Counted from the first letter of the stretch, positions 8,745-18,150 are shown. The stretch is DNA of 50,697 nt from Verrucomicrobiia bacterium (GCA_036008545.1 DASYNM010000253.1:1-50697); one strand, 5' to 3'. The notes: a model not told the origin generated them from the sequence alone. Program-made: numbers and translations.

Positions 8745-10003
8745 GACTTTTCTGTTTGCAACTGGGTCAAATACCAACGGACAAATGCGTCCACGTTGTA
8801 TTCCTTGTAGGTCGAATACGGGCCGGGAGTGTAGGCTTGCGAATTTACGCCGCGTTGTTGCCGTTCGCAGATTTCCCAATCTTGTTCGGAAGTGAGCTGC
8901 CAAAACGGCATCAGTTTGGCCAAATCGTAATCACGGCCTTCAACAGCATTTTGCTCCACCAGCCACCACACTCGGATGGCGGTCATACGCGGCCCCTTCG
9001 GCAGCAGGCGGGTGCTGACGGAATGATCGCAACTGGAATGGTTCCAGAAATTGGGCAACGTCCTCATGCGCAAAGTGCCGACGTCGCTATCACGATAATC
9101 CCCCATCAGCGGAGCCACCTGCGCGCCGTCCATGGATTCACTGGCGAAGCCATCCACCAATGCCGTCCGGTTCGCAGAATACCAAATATTGCGCTCGGCA
9201 TCGGGAAACGTGGTCATGCCGGTTTGCTTGTGACTGACGGCGAGGCCAGAGGCGGCCCATTTCGCTTCGCTGCGGTTGACAGCAGCGGAGATTTGTTCGC
9301 GCACGCGCGGCGTGGTGTCGTCGGCGTTGTAATGGTCGAAATTCGCCTTGATATATTGCGGGTGGTTGGCGTTGCAATGGTAACACTCGCGATTGTTCTC
9401 CCAGACTAGTTTCCAATTCGCGTGGACGAGATAATCCACTGCTTTGGCGACTTTGGCCCTGGCCAGCCCTTGGGGTTTGGCCAACGTCGCAAGGACTTCG
9501 TGCGCTGCCTCAAAGTCCGTCGGCTTGCTGGCCAACGAGATGAAAAGCAACCCTTCCGTTTCGCGCACATGAACAGGCCGCAGGCTTAACTGCGATTTAT
9601 CCAACTCTTCCTGCATGCCTGGCGCGTGCAGTAATTTGCCGTCAAGATCGTAGGCCCAGCGATGATATGGGCAAACCAGTTTTTTGACGTGACCATCAGC
9701 GTGATCGCAAATCAGCGAGCCGCGATGACGGCACACATTGTAAAGCGCTCGCGTCTTGCCGTTACCGTCCCGGATAACAATGACGGAATCGCCATCCACT
9801 TCGAGCGTGAAATAGTCGCCCGGATTCGGAATTTCGCAGGAATGCCCGGCAAAAATCCAGCCCGTCCGCCATATCCGCTCGCAATCGACTTGATACACCT
9901 CTTCATCGGAATAAAATTCCCCAAGCATGCTCCGCCCGGCTGGCTGGCGGGCAATTAAATCCCGGATTCGCGGCGAAAGGGAAAAATTGTCGGTTCGATC
10001 CAT
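8741..10003 (-). CDS. Rieske [2Fe-2S] non-haem-iron oxygenase, alpha-subunit type (GbcA / quaternary-amine monooxygenase-like).
   Basis: It carries the Rieske motif 'CRHRGSLIC...CPYHRWAY'. The catalytic domain shows 'NWKLVWENNRECYHCNANHP' and 'ERQQRGVNSQAYTPGPYS', which I recognise from glycine-betaine/carnitine-type Rieske monooxygenases. Confidence 0.88.
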   Translation of the reverse strand: MDRTDNFSLSPRIRDLIARQPAGRSMLGEFYSDEEVYQVDCERIWRTGWIFAGHSCEIPNPGDYFTLEVDGDSVIVIRDGNGKTRALYNVCRHRGSLICDHADGHVKKLVCPYHRWAYDLDGKLLHAPGMQEELDKSQLSLRPVHVRETEGLLFISLASKPTDFEAAHEVLATLAKPQGLARAKVAKAVDYLVHANWKLVWENNRECYHCNANHPQYIKANFDHYNADDTTPRVREQISAAVNRSEAKWAASGLAVSHKQTGMTTFPDAERNIWYSANRTALVDGFASESMDGAQVAPLMGDYRDSDVGTLRMRTLPNFWNHSSCDHSVSTRLLPKGPRMTAIRVWWLVEQNAVEGRDYDLAKLMPFWQLTSEQDWEICERQQRGVNSQAYTPGPYSTYKEYNVDAFVRWYLTQLQTEKS

Positions 10004-10058
10004 CGCGGACTGTATTTTCGCCGATTTTTGAGGGTAAACGCAACCTCAATTCTAATAC

Positions 10059-11360
10059 TCACTTCGCTTTGGGCGGCAACCGATTCCACATAGGCGCCAG
10101 CATAAGCCCGCCCACGGCCAGCGCGATTCCCAGACCGACGAATATTGAAGTCCAAATGTCGTGCCCTTTGCCGAGAATCGATTCAAGTGAACCAGGCAAC
10201 GACACGCCCAGCATTTGCCCGACCGAACCCATGCCGTTGATCACTCCGTTGGCGGTGGATGCGCCTTTCTTGGTGCCAAAATCAATCGCCGCTGTGCCGG
10301 AAATTAACGAGTCAGGTATATACACCAGGAATCCCATCGCAAACATACCCACCCCCATCCCCATGCGAGATAGTGGAATAAAGGGGAACACCACCATGAG
10401 CGCCGCCAGACAAAACAGCGCCAGCACCGCGACCGGCATTCGCTTGGATTGAAAAACCTTGTCTGACATGACGCCACCTAGCAACGTCCCGATCGGTCCG
10501 GCCAGGTCGAACATGCTGCTTAACCAGCCGGATTGCGCGGTGTCCGTCCCCATTCGTTCGGCGATGTAAACCGGCGACCAAAACAACAGCAGATAGCGCG
10601 TCGGCTTCACCAGAAAATAAACGGCCCCCAAGTACCAAACCATCCCGTTTCGCAAAACAGCCGACACGACGTGCCAAGTGCCTTCTTTTTCAGCGGCTGG
10701 CGCTTCAGTTGCGTCGATGACCGTGTCGCTTTCGCTATGATACTCCTCGATGGAGGGCAGCCCCACATCTTCGGGGCGGTTGCGTTGAAGGAGAAAAAAT
10801 AAAATCCATATTACCGCCAAAAGGCCCGCCGGCACAAAGAACGCATAGCGCCAACCGTAGCGCTGCGCAGCAAATCCGGCGATGATCGATGCCATGAATC
10901 CTCCCAACGCATAATTCGTACACCAAAACCCCATCACGCTGCCGCGTTCGCGTTGGGAAAAAAACTCGCCGACGTTTTTCCCCAGTGGCGCCCAACCGCT
11001 GGCCTGCCACATTCCTTGCAAAGCAAAGAGCAATCCCATCCAAAAGGCGGTGCTCGAAGTCCCCATGAGAGCCGCGGTCACGATGGAAGCCATCATGCCG
11101 AACAAAACCACCGCGCGCGTGCCATAGCGGTCGCCCAAGGTGCCCCAAAAAAATTGGCCCAAGGCGTAAGCCGCGGAATAAGCCCCGTCCATTCCTGACA
11201 TCTGCGACTTTGTCAAACCCAGGACTTCCGGTTTCTTGAGCTCGTTCTTGGCGACGGAAAAGGATTTGCGCGTGAGGTAAAGTCCCGCGTACGCGAGCCA
11301 GGTGACGCCAAAAATCCTCCGGCGCCAACTCTCATATTTCGGGTTCTTCTGGCCAGTCAT
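10059..11360 (-). CDS. MFS transporter, organophosphate:Pi antiporter (GlpT/UhpC)-like branch.
   Basis: The 433-aa protein has a 12-TM-like profile. The N-terminal 'WRRRIFGVTWLAYAGLYLTRKSFSVAK' and 'GTLGDRYGTR' are characteristic of the OPA family. Confidence 0.85.
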   Translation of the reverse strand: MTGQKNPKYESWRRRIFGVTWLAYAGLYLTRKSFSVAKNELKKPEVLGLTKSQMSGMDGAYSAAYALGQFFWGTLGDRYGTRAVVLFGMMASIVTAALMGTSSTAFWMGLLFALQGMWQASGWAPLGKNVGEFFSQRERGSVMGFWCTNYALGGFMASIIAGFAAQRYGWRYAFFVPAGLLAVIWILFFLLQRNRPEDVGLPSIEEYHSESDTVIDATEAPAAEKEGTWHVVSAVLRNGMVWYLGAVYFLVKPTRYLLLFWSPVYIAERMGTDTAQSGWLSSMFDLAGPIGTLLGGVMSDKVFQSKRMPVAVLALFCLAALMVVFPFIPLSRMGMGVGMFAMGFLVYIPDSLISGTAAIDFGTKKGASTANGVINGMGSVGQMLGVSLPGSLESILGKGHDIWTSIFVGLGIALAVGGLMLAPMWNRLPPKAK

Positions 11361-12009
11361 TATGAAATTGAAAAACTCGGATCCTGCCGGCTATTTAAAT
11401 CCGGCGATTATTCGTGTGCTCTGGATGAAGCTGCATCGTCTTGAGCAATGCCGTTCGACTTTATCACCGTCCCTCGCACTGGCAACCAGGATTTCTAAAA
11501 GGTTTTAAAAGGCTTTGCACGGCGTTGGTAAGCCATGCCGGGACAGAGCAGCGAGGCGAGAATTCCCACGACGCAGGCGTGAGCAGCGCTTCAGCAAGCC
11601 AGAGTGCTTGCTAGAATCAAAAGCCTCACGTGAGACGTAACATGGTTCCAAGAATTCGGCAACGCCCTCATGCACACGCTGCCAATCGGGGTTCGTCGTA
11701 TTCGCCGAAGCAAGCCAATGCGGATACTACCGAGAGAGCAAGACGGAGTCCGGATGGTGAGTATATCCGGACCCCGCCCAACAAGAGTGCGCGGCATATG
11801 AAACGCGCAATTATGAGCAATGCATGAAGCGTGCCGACCGCAGCCACGAGACGACGAATTCCCAGCAGGGGTGGCTAACCAAAGGCAGCTTGAAAATCAC
11901 TCAAAATGCGGGCAAATCCCACCGTTCCGACCATCTTTCCCGGAGAGGGCGCGAACTTCTGATTCGACGACATTGCCAAATACCGAAAGAGCCGCCGCCA
12001 GCGGCCATT

Positions 12010-13470
12010 TCAAGTGCCGTCCCCTTCGCGCTTGATTTCTGTGGTGTCGCTCTCGTCGTCATCATCCTTATTGTTTACTCCGTATTCCTTGAGCTTGTTG
12101 CGGAGCGTGCGGATGCTGATGCCCAGTACTTTTGCTGCCGCCGTGCGACTGGGAGTCGCCTCCATTACGGACAAAATGTGCTTCTTTTCCAGTTCAGCCA
12201 GCGATACCGGGCCCGCTTCAGCCGGCGTTGCGTGAGGGGCCGCGGCTGGGGCCGACGCGGCGACATCTGGGGCGGCGTGGGTCGCCGTCGGCGCGGCCGA
12301 CTGTGGTGAAAAGCCAAGGTGTTCGGGTTCCAGCATGCCGCCGTCGCCGCACAAAATAACGGCGCGCTCGATGACGTTTTGCAATTCGCGCACGTTGCCC
12401 GGCCAGCGGTGGGCCTGTAGCACAGCCATGCAGGCGTCGGAAAAGCCTCGCACACGCACGCCGTGTTTACGGGCGAAGCGGGGCATGAATTGCTGGGCCA
12501 GATACGGCACGTCCTCCTTGTGCTCTCGCAAGGGCGCGACGTGGATGGGAACGACGTTGAGCCGGAAAAATAGGTCCTGGCGAAATTCCTTGCGCTCGAC
12601 GCTCTCCTCCAGGCGTCGGTTCGTTGTGGCAATGACGCGGACATCCACCTTGATGGTCCGGTTGCCTCCGACGCGCTCAAGCTCGCGTTCTTGCAAGACG
12701 CGCAGCAGCTTGGCCTGCACTTGCGAGGAGATTTCGCTCACTTCGTCAAGCAGGATGGTGCCGCTGTGGGCCAACTCGAACCGACCTTCACGTTTGTTGA
12801 GCGCGCCGGTGAAAGAGCCTTTTTCGTGGCCGAAGAATTCGCTCTCAATGAGATTCTCAGGGATGGCGGCGCAATTGACTTTGATAAATGGCGCATTGTG
12901 GCGCGGGCTTTGCCTGTAGAGGGCGCGGGCGACCAGTTCCTTGCCGGTGCCGCTTTCACCGGCGATGAGCACGGTGGCCTGTGTGCGCGCAACTTTACGG
13001 ATCAACTGCCGCAGGTTTTCCATGGCCGGACTGATACCCTGAAGTTCCCATCCCGTTTCGTCCTCTTCCGCGTGGCTTAAGTAGGCGTTGACCTTGAGCA
13101 GTTGATTGAAATTTTCCGCCTTCTTAAGCGTGACCTGCAATTGATCCGCCGAAAAAGGTTTGAGCATGTAATCGAAGGCGCCGTTGCGCATGCACTCGAC
13201 GGCGGATTCGACGGAGCCGAAACCCGTGACCATGACCACGAGCGGCTTTTCGGGGTGCGTTTGCAATTCGCGCAGCAGATCGGTGCCTTCGCCGTCGGGT
13301 AGTCTGACGTCCAGGAAGATGAGGTCGAAGGTGTCCTTGGCCATCAACTCGCGGGCGCCGGCGATGGTGTCCGCAGAGGCAACGTCGTAGCGTTGCTGGC
13401 GCAACTGTTGCTCAAGGTTTCGGCGGACGATCAGGTCGTCTTCCAGAACAATAATCTTTTCAATCGGCAT
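12010..13470 (-). CDS. Sigma-54-dependent response regulator (NtrC family).
   Basis: It has a receiver domain ('IIVLEDD...DLIFLDVRLPDGEG...MLKPF'). The AAA+ sigma-54 interaction domain shows Walker A 'GESGTGKE', 'EFFGHEKGSFTGA' (a GAFTGA variant) and 'RQDLFFRLNV'. A Fis-type HTH follows ('AAAKVLGISIRTLRNKLKEYG'), then an acidic tail. Confidence 0.93.
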   Translation of the reverse strand: MPIEKIIVLEDDLIVRRNLEQQLRQQRYDVASADTIAGARELMAKDTFDLIFLDVRLPDGEGTDLLRELQTHPEKPLVVMVTGFGSVESAVECMRNGAFDYMLKPFSADQLQVTLKKAENFNQLLKVNAYLSHAEEDETGWELQGISPAMENLRQLIRKVARTQATVLIAGESGTGKELVARALYRQSPRHNAPFIKVNCAAIPENLIESEFFGHEKGSFTGALNKREGRFELAHSGTILLDEVSEISSQVQAKLLRVLQERELERVGGNRTIKVDVRVIATTNRRLEESVERKEFRQDLFFRLNVVPIHVAPLREHKEDVPYLAQQFMPRFARKHGVRVRGFSDACMAVLQAHRWPGNVRELQNVIERAVILCGDGGMLEPEHLGFSPQSAAPTATHAAPDVAASAPAAAPHATPAEAGPVSLAELEKKHILSVMEATPSRTAAAKVLGISIRTLRNKLKEYGVNNKDDDDESDTTEIKREGDGT

Positions 13471-13483
13471 GCATGCGTCAGCA

Positions 13484-13903
13484 TCATGCGACTCCCTGGC
13501 GGCGGTAGAGATCGGCCACGAAATGAGGGCGCTGCCGGTTGACCGAAGGCAGTTCGCGCGGCGGAACCAGTCCGCGACGCAGCAAGGCCTGCTCGTTCTC
13601 GCGGTCCAAGACGATGATCTTCATGGTCAGGTCCTGGTTCTTGCGCAGCAACATGCCCACTTCGGGCCAGCTCGCTCGTTCATCCAAACTCAACCTTTGC
13701 CAGTCCACACGATGCTTCCGCAAACAATCTAGTGACTGATTGAAGCGAGGAAGCAAGTTCTTTTTCCGTTGATAAAAATCCGAAAGGGAGGGCTTGTCGG
13801 TGCGGCGCAGGGCTTGTCCCTCCTGTTCCGTGGCTTGCAAGAGTTCCTGGCACACCCGAAGGTGCTCGTTCAAAGTTTCGATCATCTCCTGGGGTGTATT
13901 CAT
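13484..13903 (-). CDS. Hypothetical helical protein, weakly FlgN-like.
   Basis: The ATG at 13903 overlaps the stop of the TPR gene (ATGA). The 139-aa sequence 'MNTPQEMIETLNEHLRVCQELLQATEQEGQALRR...' has the heptad-like pattern of FlgN-type chaperones. The longer ORF up to 14116 overlaps the TPR gene. Confidence 0.55.
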   Translation of the reverse strand: MNTPQEMIETLNEHLRVCQELLQATEQEGQALRRTDKPSLSDFYQRKKNLLPRFNQSLDCLRKHRVDWQRLSLDERASWPEVGMLLRKNQDLTMKIIVLDRENEQALLRRGLVPPRELPSVNRQRPHFVADLYRRQGVA

Positions 13904-15156
13904 TTGGCGGCGGTGATTTTGGCGATGGATGGCGGTTGGAGGTTGCTGTGTTGCAGTTGCTGGTCGGCAGCGCGGGCTTTCTGCAGCCAGACGATATAAT
14001 CCTTGCGCCATTGCGCCATGGCGAAAAGCGAAGAGAGGCTGGGGGGCGCATTGCTGCCGGTCAACTCGGGGCGCCGGGCCAGAATCTGGTCGTAAGTGTC
14101 CGAGGCCCTTTGCCATTGTTGCAATTGCTCAAAGACCAGGCCGACCTGATACAAGGCTGGAGCCTGCCATTCAGGAGCGGAATCCAATGCCGCGAGGTTC
14201 TGATAGATTTGCAGCGCATCCAGGTAATCGCCTTCCTTGTAAAGCTGGTTGGCGATTTCGTTGCCGGTGCGGCGCTGCCAATAAGCCCACAATTCTGGAT
14301 TGCTGTGGGAGTTGGTCACCTGCGATTGCAAGAGCATCAGCACCTGTTTCAGCGCGGCCGAATTGCGTCCCACCGCGGTGTAGGCGCTGGAGAGGATAAA
14401 ACGAATCTCGGGCACATCGGGATAATCTGGGAAGCGTTCCAGGAACTTTTCGGAGCGGGAAATCGTGTCGTCTCTATTGGTCGAGAAAGAGAGCGAACGG
14501 ACTAGCTTGAACTCGATTTGCTGCTTGTTCAAAGCTGGGCTCTCAGCGCTCAGGAGGCGAGTGTAGTAATTAGCCGACTCGCTATATTGCCCCTGAATGT
14601 AATAGGTGTCGGCAATCTCCGTTTGTGCCTGGAGCACCAGGTTTTTGTAATAATCAATGTCGCCGAGTTTAAGTTTCAGGGCGGTGGACATGACTGAGTA
14701 AAACTTGGATATGGCCAGCGTATTGACTCCCATCCGGCGAAAGAGCAGCCCTTGCCGAAGTAAGACTTCGGGCGCACGTTCATCCTCCGGATAAAGTTGC
14801 AGGTATTGGGCATAAATCTGCTGGGCTTTGACGAACTCGTTGTTGTCCTGCGTGGCCAGCGCCAATTCAAACAAGGCCCTGCGTTTGAATTCGGCCGGGG
14901 CGTTGGTTTCAAGAATGTTGACGAGCGTCAAGGCGGCGAGCGCGGCGCTTCCCGCGTGCCTTTGCCGGCCGGCAAGGTCCAACTGCTCTTGAAATTTTCG
15001 TTCCGCCACTGCCTGTGCATTCAAGGCGTTGGTTGGCGGCATTATATTTGGACTGGATATGGTCCCAAGGTCCGGGGCGATCTGCGCGTCAGGTTGGGCG
15101 GCCGCACTGAGAACGGATGCCAGACAAAGAATTGAGATTCGGATGAAAATCTTCAC
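13900..15156 (-). CDS. Exported TPR-repeat protein.
   Basis: It has a GTG start and the signal peptide 'KIFIRISILCLASVLSAAAQ'. There are multiple TPR-like units ('AQQIYAQYLQLYPEDERAPEVLLRQG', 'ALYQVGLVFEQLQQWQRASDTYDQIL', and others). Confidence 0.8.
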   Translation of the reverse strand: MKIFIRISILCLASVLSAAAQPDAQIAPDLGTISSPNIMPPTNALNAQAVAERKFQEQLDLAGRQRHAGSAALAALTLVNILETNAPAEFKRRALFELALATQDNNEFVKAQQIYAQYLQLYPEDERAPEVLLRQGLLFRRMGVNTLAISKFYSVMSTALKLKLGDIDYYKNLVLQAQTEIADTYYIQGQYSESANYYTRLLSAESPALNKQQIEFKLVRSLSFSTNRDDTISRSEKFLERFPDYPDVPEIRFILSSAYTAVGRNSAALKQVLMLLQSQVTNSHSNPELWAYWQRRTGNEIANQLYKEGDYLDALQIYQNLAALDSAPEWQAPALYQVGLVFEQLQQWQRASDTYDQILARRPELTGSNAPPSLSSLFAMAQWRKDYIVWLQKARAADQQLQHSNLQPPSIAKITAAK

Positions 15157-15162
15157 GATGAA

Positions 15163-15705
15163 TCAGTGCGATGTCGAATACGCACCCTTGCTGGAGGGCG
15201 GTGGCGTAGGCACCAAGGTGGTCTCCGTCGGCGGCGTGAACCCCAGCGGCGCGATCACGCCCATGGTGGTGGGATTACGGACAGCCTTGGGGCTGCTGTT
15301 GGTCGAAGTTGTAAAATATTTGAGCAGCATCTGAGGGGAGACGATTCCATCAGGGCCGGTTGGCGAGGCGGGGTCATCGACAAGTTGTTTGGCAACGAAC
15401 TCCAGCGGTGCCCCGTTGGTCACGGCTCCGGGCAGGACCGGGTCGTTGGTTGTTTGGGTAGTATCCGGAGGTGTGGCCGGCATGGGCGGCGTGGGCAGGG
15501 AAACCATCACAGGAGGCGGAAATAAAGGAGGAAGGAACGGTGGCGGAAATGGAGCGTTGACTTGTCTGGCGACGGGCGGAGGCAGCTCGCGAAAGCGCAA
15601 GGGCAGGGGACCGGTGCGCGCTAAATAGCCCGTATCTGCCCACACGGTTGCGACGCTGAGGACGCCTGCCATCGCCGGGAGCAATTGGTTAATGTTGCCA
15701 AGCAT
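15163..15705 (-). CDS. Exported proline-rich protein, unknown function.
   Basis: The ATG at 15705 gives 'MLGNINQLLPAMAGVLSVATVWA' (a signal peptide). The ORF-track start at 15747 is a TTG. The sequence has low-complexity Pro tracts ('PFPPPFLPPLFPPPV'). The gene ends 6 nt upstream of the TPR gene. Confidence 0.6.
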   Translation of the reverse strand: MLGNINQLLPAMAGVLSVATVWADTGYLARTGPLPLRFRELPPPVARQVNAPFPPPFLPPLFPPPVMVSLPTPPMPATPPDTTQTTNDPVLPGAVTNGAPLEFVAKQLVDDPASPTGPDGIVSPQMLLKYFTTSTNSSPKAVRNPTTMGVIAPLGFTPPTETTLVPTPPPSSKGAYSTSH

Positions 15706-15851
15706 GAATACTTTTGTCCTGCCACTTACATCGGCTTTTGGGGGCAAAACTTAAGCAAAAACGGGCGCCCAATCAGCCCTCGCCGCGGGCCTGATTCTTG
15801 CTCGTTTTGCCTCGCTTAAGTGCCTGCTAAATATGCCGATACAACCAGAGC

Positions 15852-16769
15852 ATGAGTTCCGAATCTTCGGCGCCGCAGGCGACTTGCGAAAGACTGGACC
15901 GCGCGCACATCGATGCCCGGCTGAGCGGTTGCGCTTGCCTGCCCTCCCTGAGCTCCATCGATAGCGCGTTGCGCGAGTTATTGGGCGCCGATCAACGTTA
16001 CACCTCCCAGATCGCCGAGATCATTCGCCGCGACCCCAGCTTGACCGCCCGCCTATTGCGCCTGGTCAATTCCGTTTATTACGGGATGACCAAACCGGTC
16101 CGCAACATCGAGGAAGCCGTCTTTTACCTAGGCGTGCGCCAAATCCGCCAACTCGCCATGGTTACACCGATCATTGAGGATTTCCAACGGCTGGCCGAAG
16201 GACGCAAGTTTCCGTGGCGTCAGTTCTGGCGCCATTGCATCGCCGTCGCTTTGATGACGCGCGAGATCACCGATTTATTGCAATCGCAGGATGACGAGAT
16301 CGATTACGTGGCCGGACTCATTCACGACGTGGGCAAGATTGTCATGGCCTCGGCGTTCCCGGATCACTTTACGGAGATTTATCACAATCGCGCCGAAATG
16401 TCGGGTAACCTTTTGGAATGGGAGAGGGAAGTGCTGGGAGTGGACCACGCGGAATTGGGGGCGATGTACCTGCGCCGGCAGAGGCTGCCTGAAATCTTTG
16501 TGGAAATCGTGCAAAACCATCACGTGCCGCAGAACGCCCGCGTGCAAGGCACCATCACGGCCGCCGTTCATGTGGCGGACCTATTGGTGCGCCACACCAA
16601 AATCGGCGACAGCGGCAATAAAGCCGAAGTGGAATTTGACAGTTGGTTGGAATCGTCCGGTTGGAAAATTCTCTTTGCGCACCAGACCGACGCGGAAAAA
16701 TCCATCACCCGCGCCAGCTTGAACCGCAGCCTGGCGCGCATACCGGCGATTTTGGAGAGCTTGGTCTAA
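15852..16769 (+). CDS. HDOD-domain signalling protein.
   Basis: The motifs 'LPSLSSIDSALRELL...IAEIIRRDPSLTARLLRLVNSVYYG....IEEAVFYLG...' and 'GLIHDVGKIV' match the HDOD (HD-related output domain) pattern. Confidence 0.85.
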   Translation: MSSESSAPQATCERLDRAHIDARLSGCACLPSLSSIDSALRELLGADQRYTSQIAEIIRRDPSLTARLLRLVNSVYYGMTKPVRNIEEAVFYLGVRQIRQLAMVTPIIEDFQRLAEGRKFPWRQFWRHCIAVALMTREITDLLQSQDDEIDYVAGLIHDVGKIVMASAFPDHFTEIYHNRAEMSGNLLEWEREVLGVDHAELGAMYLRRQRLPEIFVEIVQNHHVPQNARVQGTITAAVHVADLLVRHTKIGDSGNKAEVEFDSWLESSGWKILFAHQTDAEKSITRASLNRSLARIPAILESLV

Positions 16770-16872
16770 CGACGCGCGGCAGGGTCAGAAACCCATGGAA
16801 CCGCGTCATGCTTTTCGTGCTGGAAGGTATTTGTGGATACCCGTCCTCGCACGGTTGGAACAGCAGCTCCGC

Positions 16873-17310
16873 TCAGAAGGGCGATTGAAACGGGAGCTTG
16901 CCTTTGAGGCTCTTGCCCGCCTCAACCAGCAACAGATATTGCGCGCCGGCTTCCAACGGCTCGGGCTCGGCGCTGGCGATTTCCGGCTTCATGCCTTGGA
17001 TGGTCGCGCCGTAACCGAAGGAGCTCGTCGGCACGGGCTTGTCGGCCGCCAGCAGGTGCCAGAGAGCGTGGGGATATTTGTTGGTGCGGGCATCGTCGGC
17101 GTCAACAACTTCGATGGAAGTCAGTGGAACAGCATTGGCGAAATGGAATACAAGCTCAGGCGCGTCGTTGCCGTGCAGGACGGCCCGCCGTGATTTTTCG
17201 CAAAAAATTTGAATTTGCGGCCGTTTATGCCAGTCCAAAAAATATGCCAGGTTGTAGGCGGCGGCCAGAACCAGGAACGCACCTACGAGCAAAAACGTTT
17301 TTTTGTTCAT
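16873..17310 (-). CDS. Membrane-anchored hypothetical protein.
   Basis: The 145-aa protein has an N-terminal anchor 'MNKKTFLLVGAFLVLAAAY' and non-repetitive composition. The antisense ORF 16795-17193 is Arg/Gly-rich and rejected. Confidence 0.6.
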   Translation of the reverse strand: MNKKTFLLVGAFLVLAAAYNLAYFLDWHKRPQIQIFCEKSRRAVLHGNDAPELVFHFANAVPLTSIEVVDADDARTNKYPHALWHLLAADKPVPTSSFGYGATIQGMKPEIASAEPEPLEAGAQYLLLVEAGKSLKGKLPFQSPF

Positions 17311-17362
17311 CCTGTTAGGATGACACGATTGGACGGCGAATTATTCGATTTAGTTTAAGCGA

Positions 17363-18133
17363 ATGGCAGATAAAAGAATTATGAAAGAGACTGCAATTGA
17401 TTGGAAAAGCGCCGGAGCGAAGAAAAGCTCGGGCTTCACCTTGATTGAATTGTTGGTGGTCATTGCCATCATCGCGATCCTGGCCAGCCTGCTCTTGCCC
17501 TCCTTGAGCATGGCCAAACAAGCCGGCCAGCGCATGAGCTGCGTGGACAACGAACGCCAACTCGGCTACGCCAACGCGATGTACGCCCAGGACTACAACG
17601 GCTTTTTCACGCCGCGCTGTGGCACCAATCGCTGGCCGCAGATGCTTTACCAGTACTACAAAAACGTCTCGATTCTGCTTTGCCCCATCGATGCCGTCCA
17701 CAATCCCCAAAGCGGCACCGACCCGAATACCAACAATATCGCCGATAGCTCCCCGCGGACGTATATGATTAATGGCGCCAATGATTACTTCTTTCAAATT
17801 CTTTCTCCAGGGGATTTTCAGAGCTTCATGAATGGCACCTGGCCGCAAGGTTTGCCCGACACCAAAATTCAATATACGTCCGATACCATCATGTTCGGGG
17901 AGAAGTTGCCGACCTCGAGCCAGTATTTCATGGACTTGCTGGAGTTGAGCGGCTCGGAGGGCAACGACTGGACCGAATTAAACCAGGCGACCCATACCGA
18001 TGGATCGGACTACTGTTTCGCTGACAGCAGCGTTCGTCTGCTCAAACCGTATAAGGATCTCGGGCCGACTTACAATATGTGGGCCATCACGTCCACTGGC
18101 CGCACCATGTATTCCTACTTGAGTGTCCCCTGA
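17363..18133 (+). CDS. Prepilin-type N-terminal cleavage/methylation domain protein (pseudopilin-like, H-X9-DG class).
   Basis: It carries the '[25 protein letters not shown]' class-III signal motif and a C-terminal '[17 protein letters not shown]' resembling the H-X9-DG motif of the DUF1559-type family that is expanded in PVC bacteria. Confidence 0.85.
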   Translation: MADKRIMKETAIDWKSAGAKKSSGFTLIELLVVIAIIAILASLLLPSLSMAKQAGQRMSCVDNERQLGYANAMYAQDYNGFFTPRCGTNRWPQMLYQYYKNVSILLCPIDAVHNPQSGTDPNTNNIADSSPRTYMINGANDYFFQILSPGDFQSFMNGTWPQGLPDTKIQYTSDTIMFGEKLPTSSQYFMDLLELSGSEGNDWTELNQATHTDGSDYCFADSSVRLLKPYKDLGPTYNMWAITSTGRTMYSYLSVP

Positions 18134-18150
18134 ACTGCTTGGCGAGGCGT

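Noticed and set aside
11625-11634. parS-like palindrome ctcacgtgag (CACGTG core).
   Set aside because: Only about 11 of 16 positions match TGTTNCACGTGAAACA, and the flanking GTT/AAC arms are missing. It lies 38 kb from parB.
11700-11800. Short similarity to RNase P RNA segments (accgagagagcaagacgg; aacaagagtgcgcgg).
   Set aside because: The universally conserved GAGGAAAGTCCGGGC and ACAGAACCCGGCTTA elements are absent on both strands.
11948-11975. The sequence gagggcgcgaacttctgattcgacg resembles a tmRNA 5' end (GGGG..GATTCGACG).
   Set aside because: A roughly 350-nt tmRNA would have to run into the well-supported sigma-54 regulator coding sequence starting at 12010. No T-arm/CCA-type 3' end is present.
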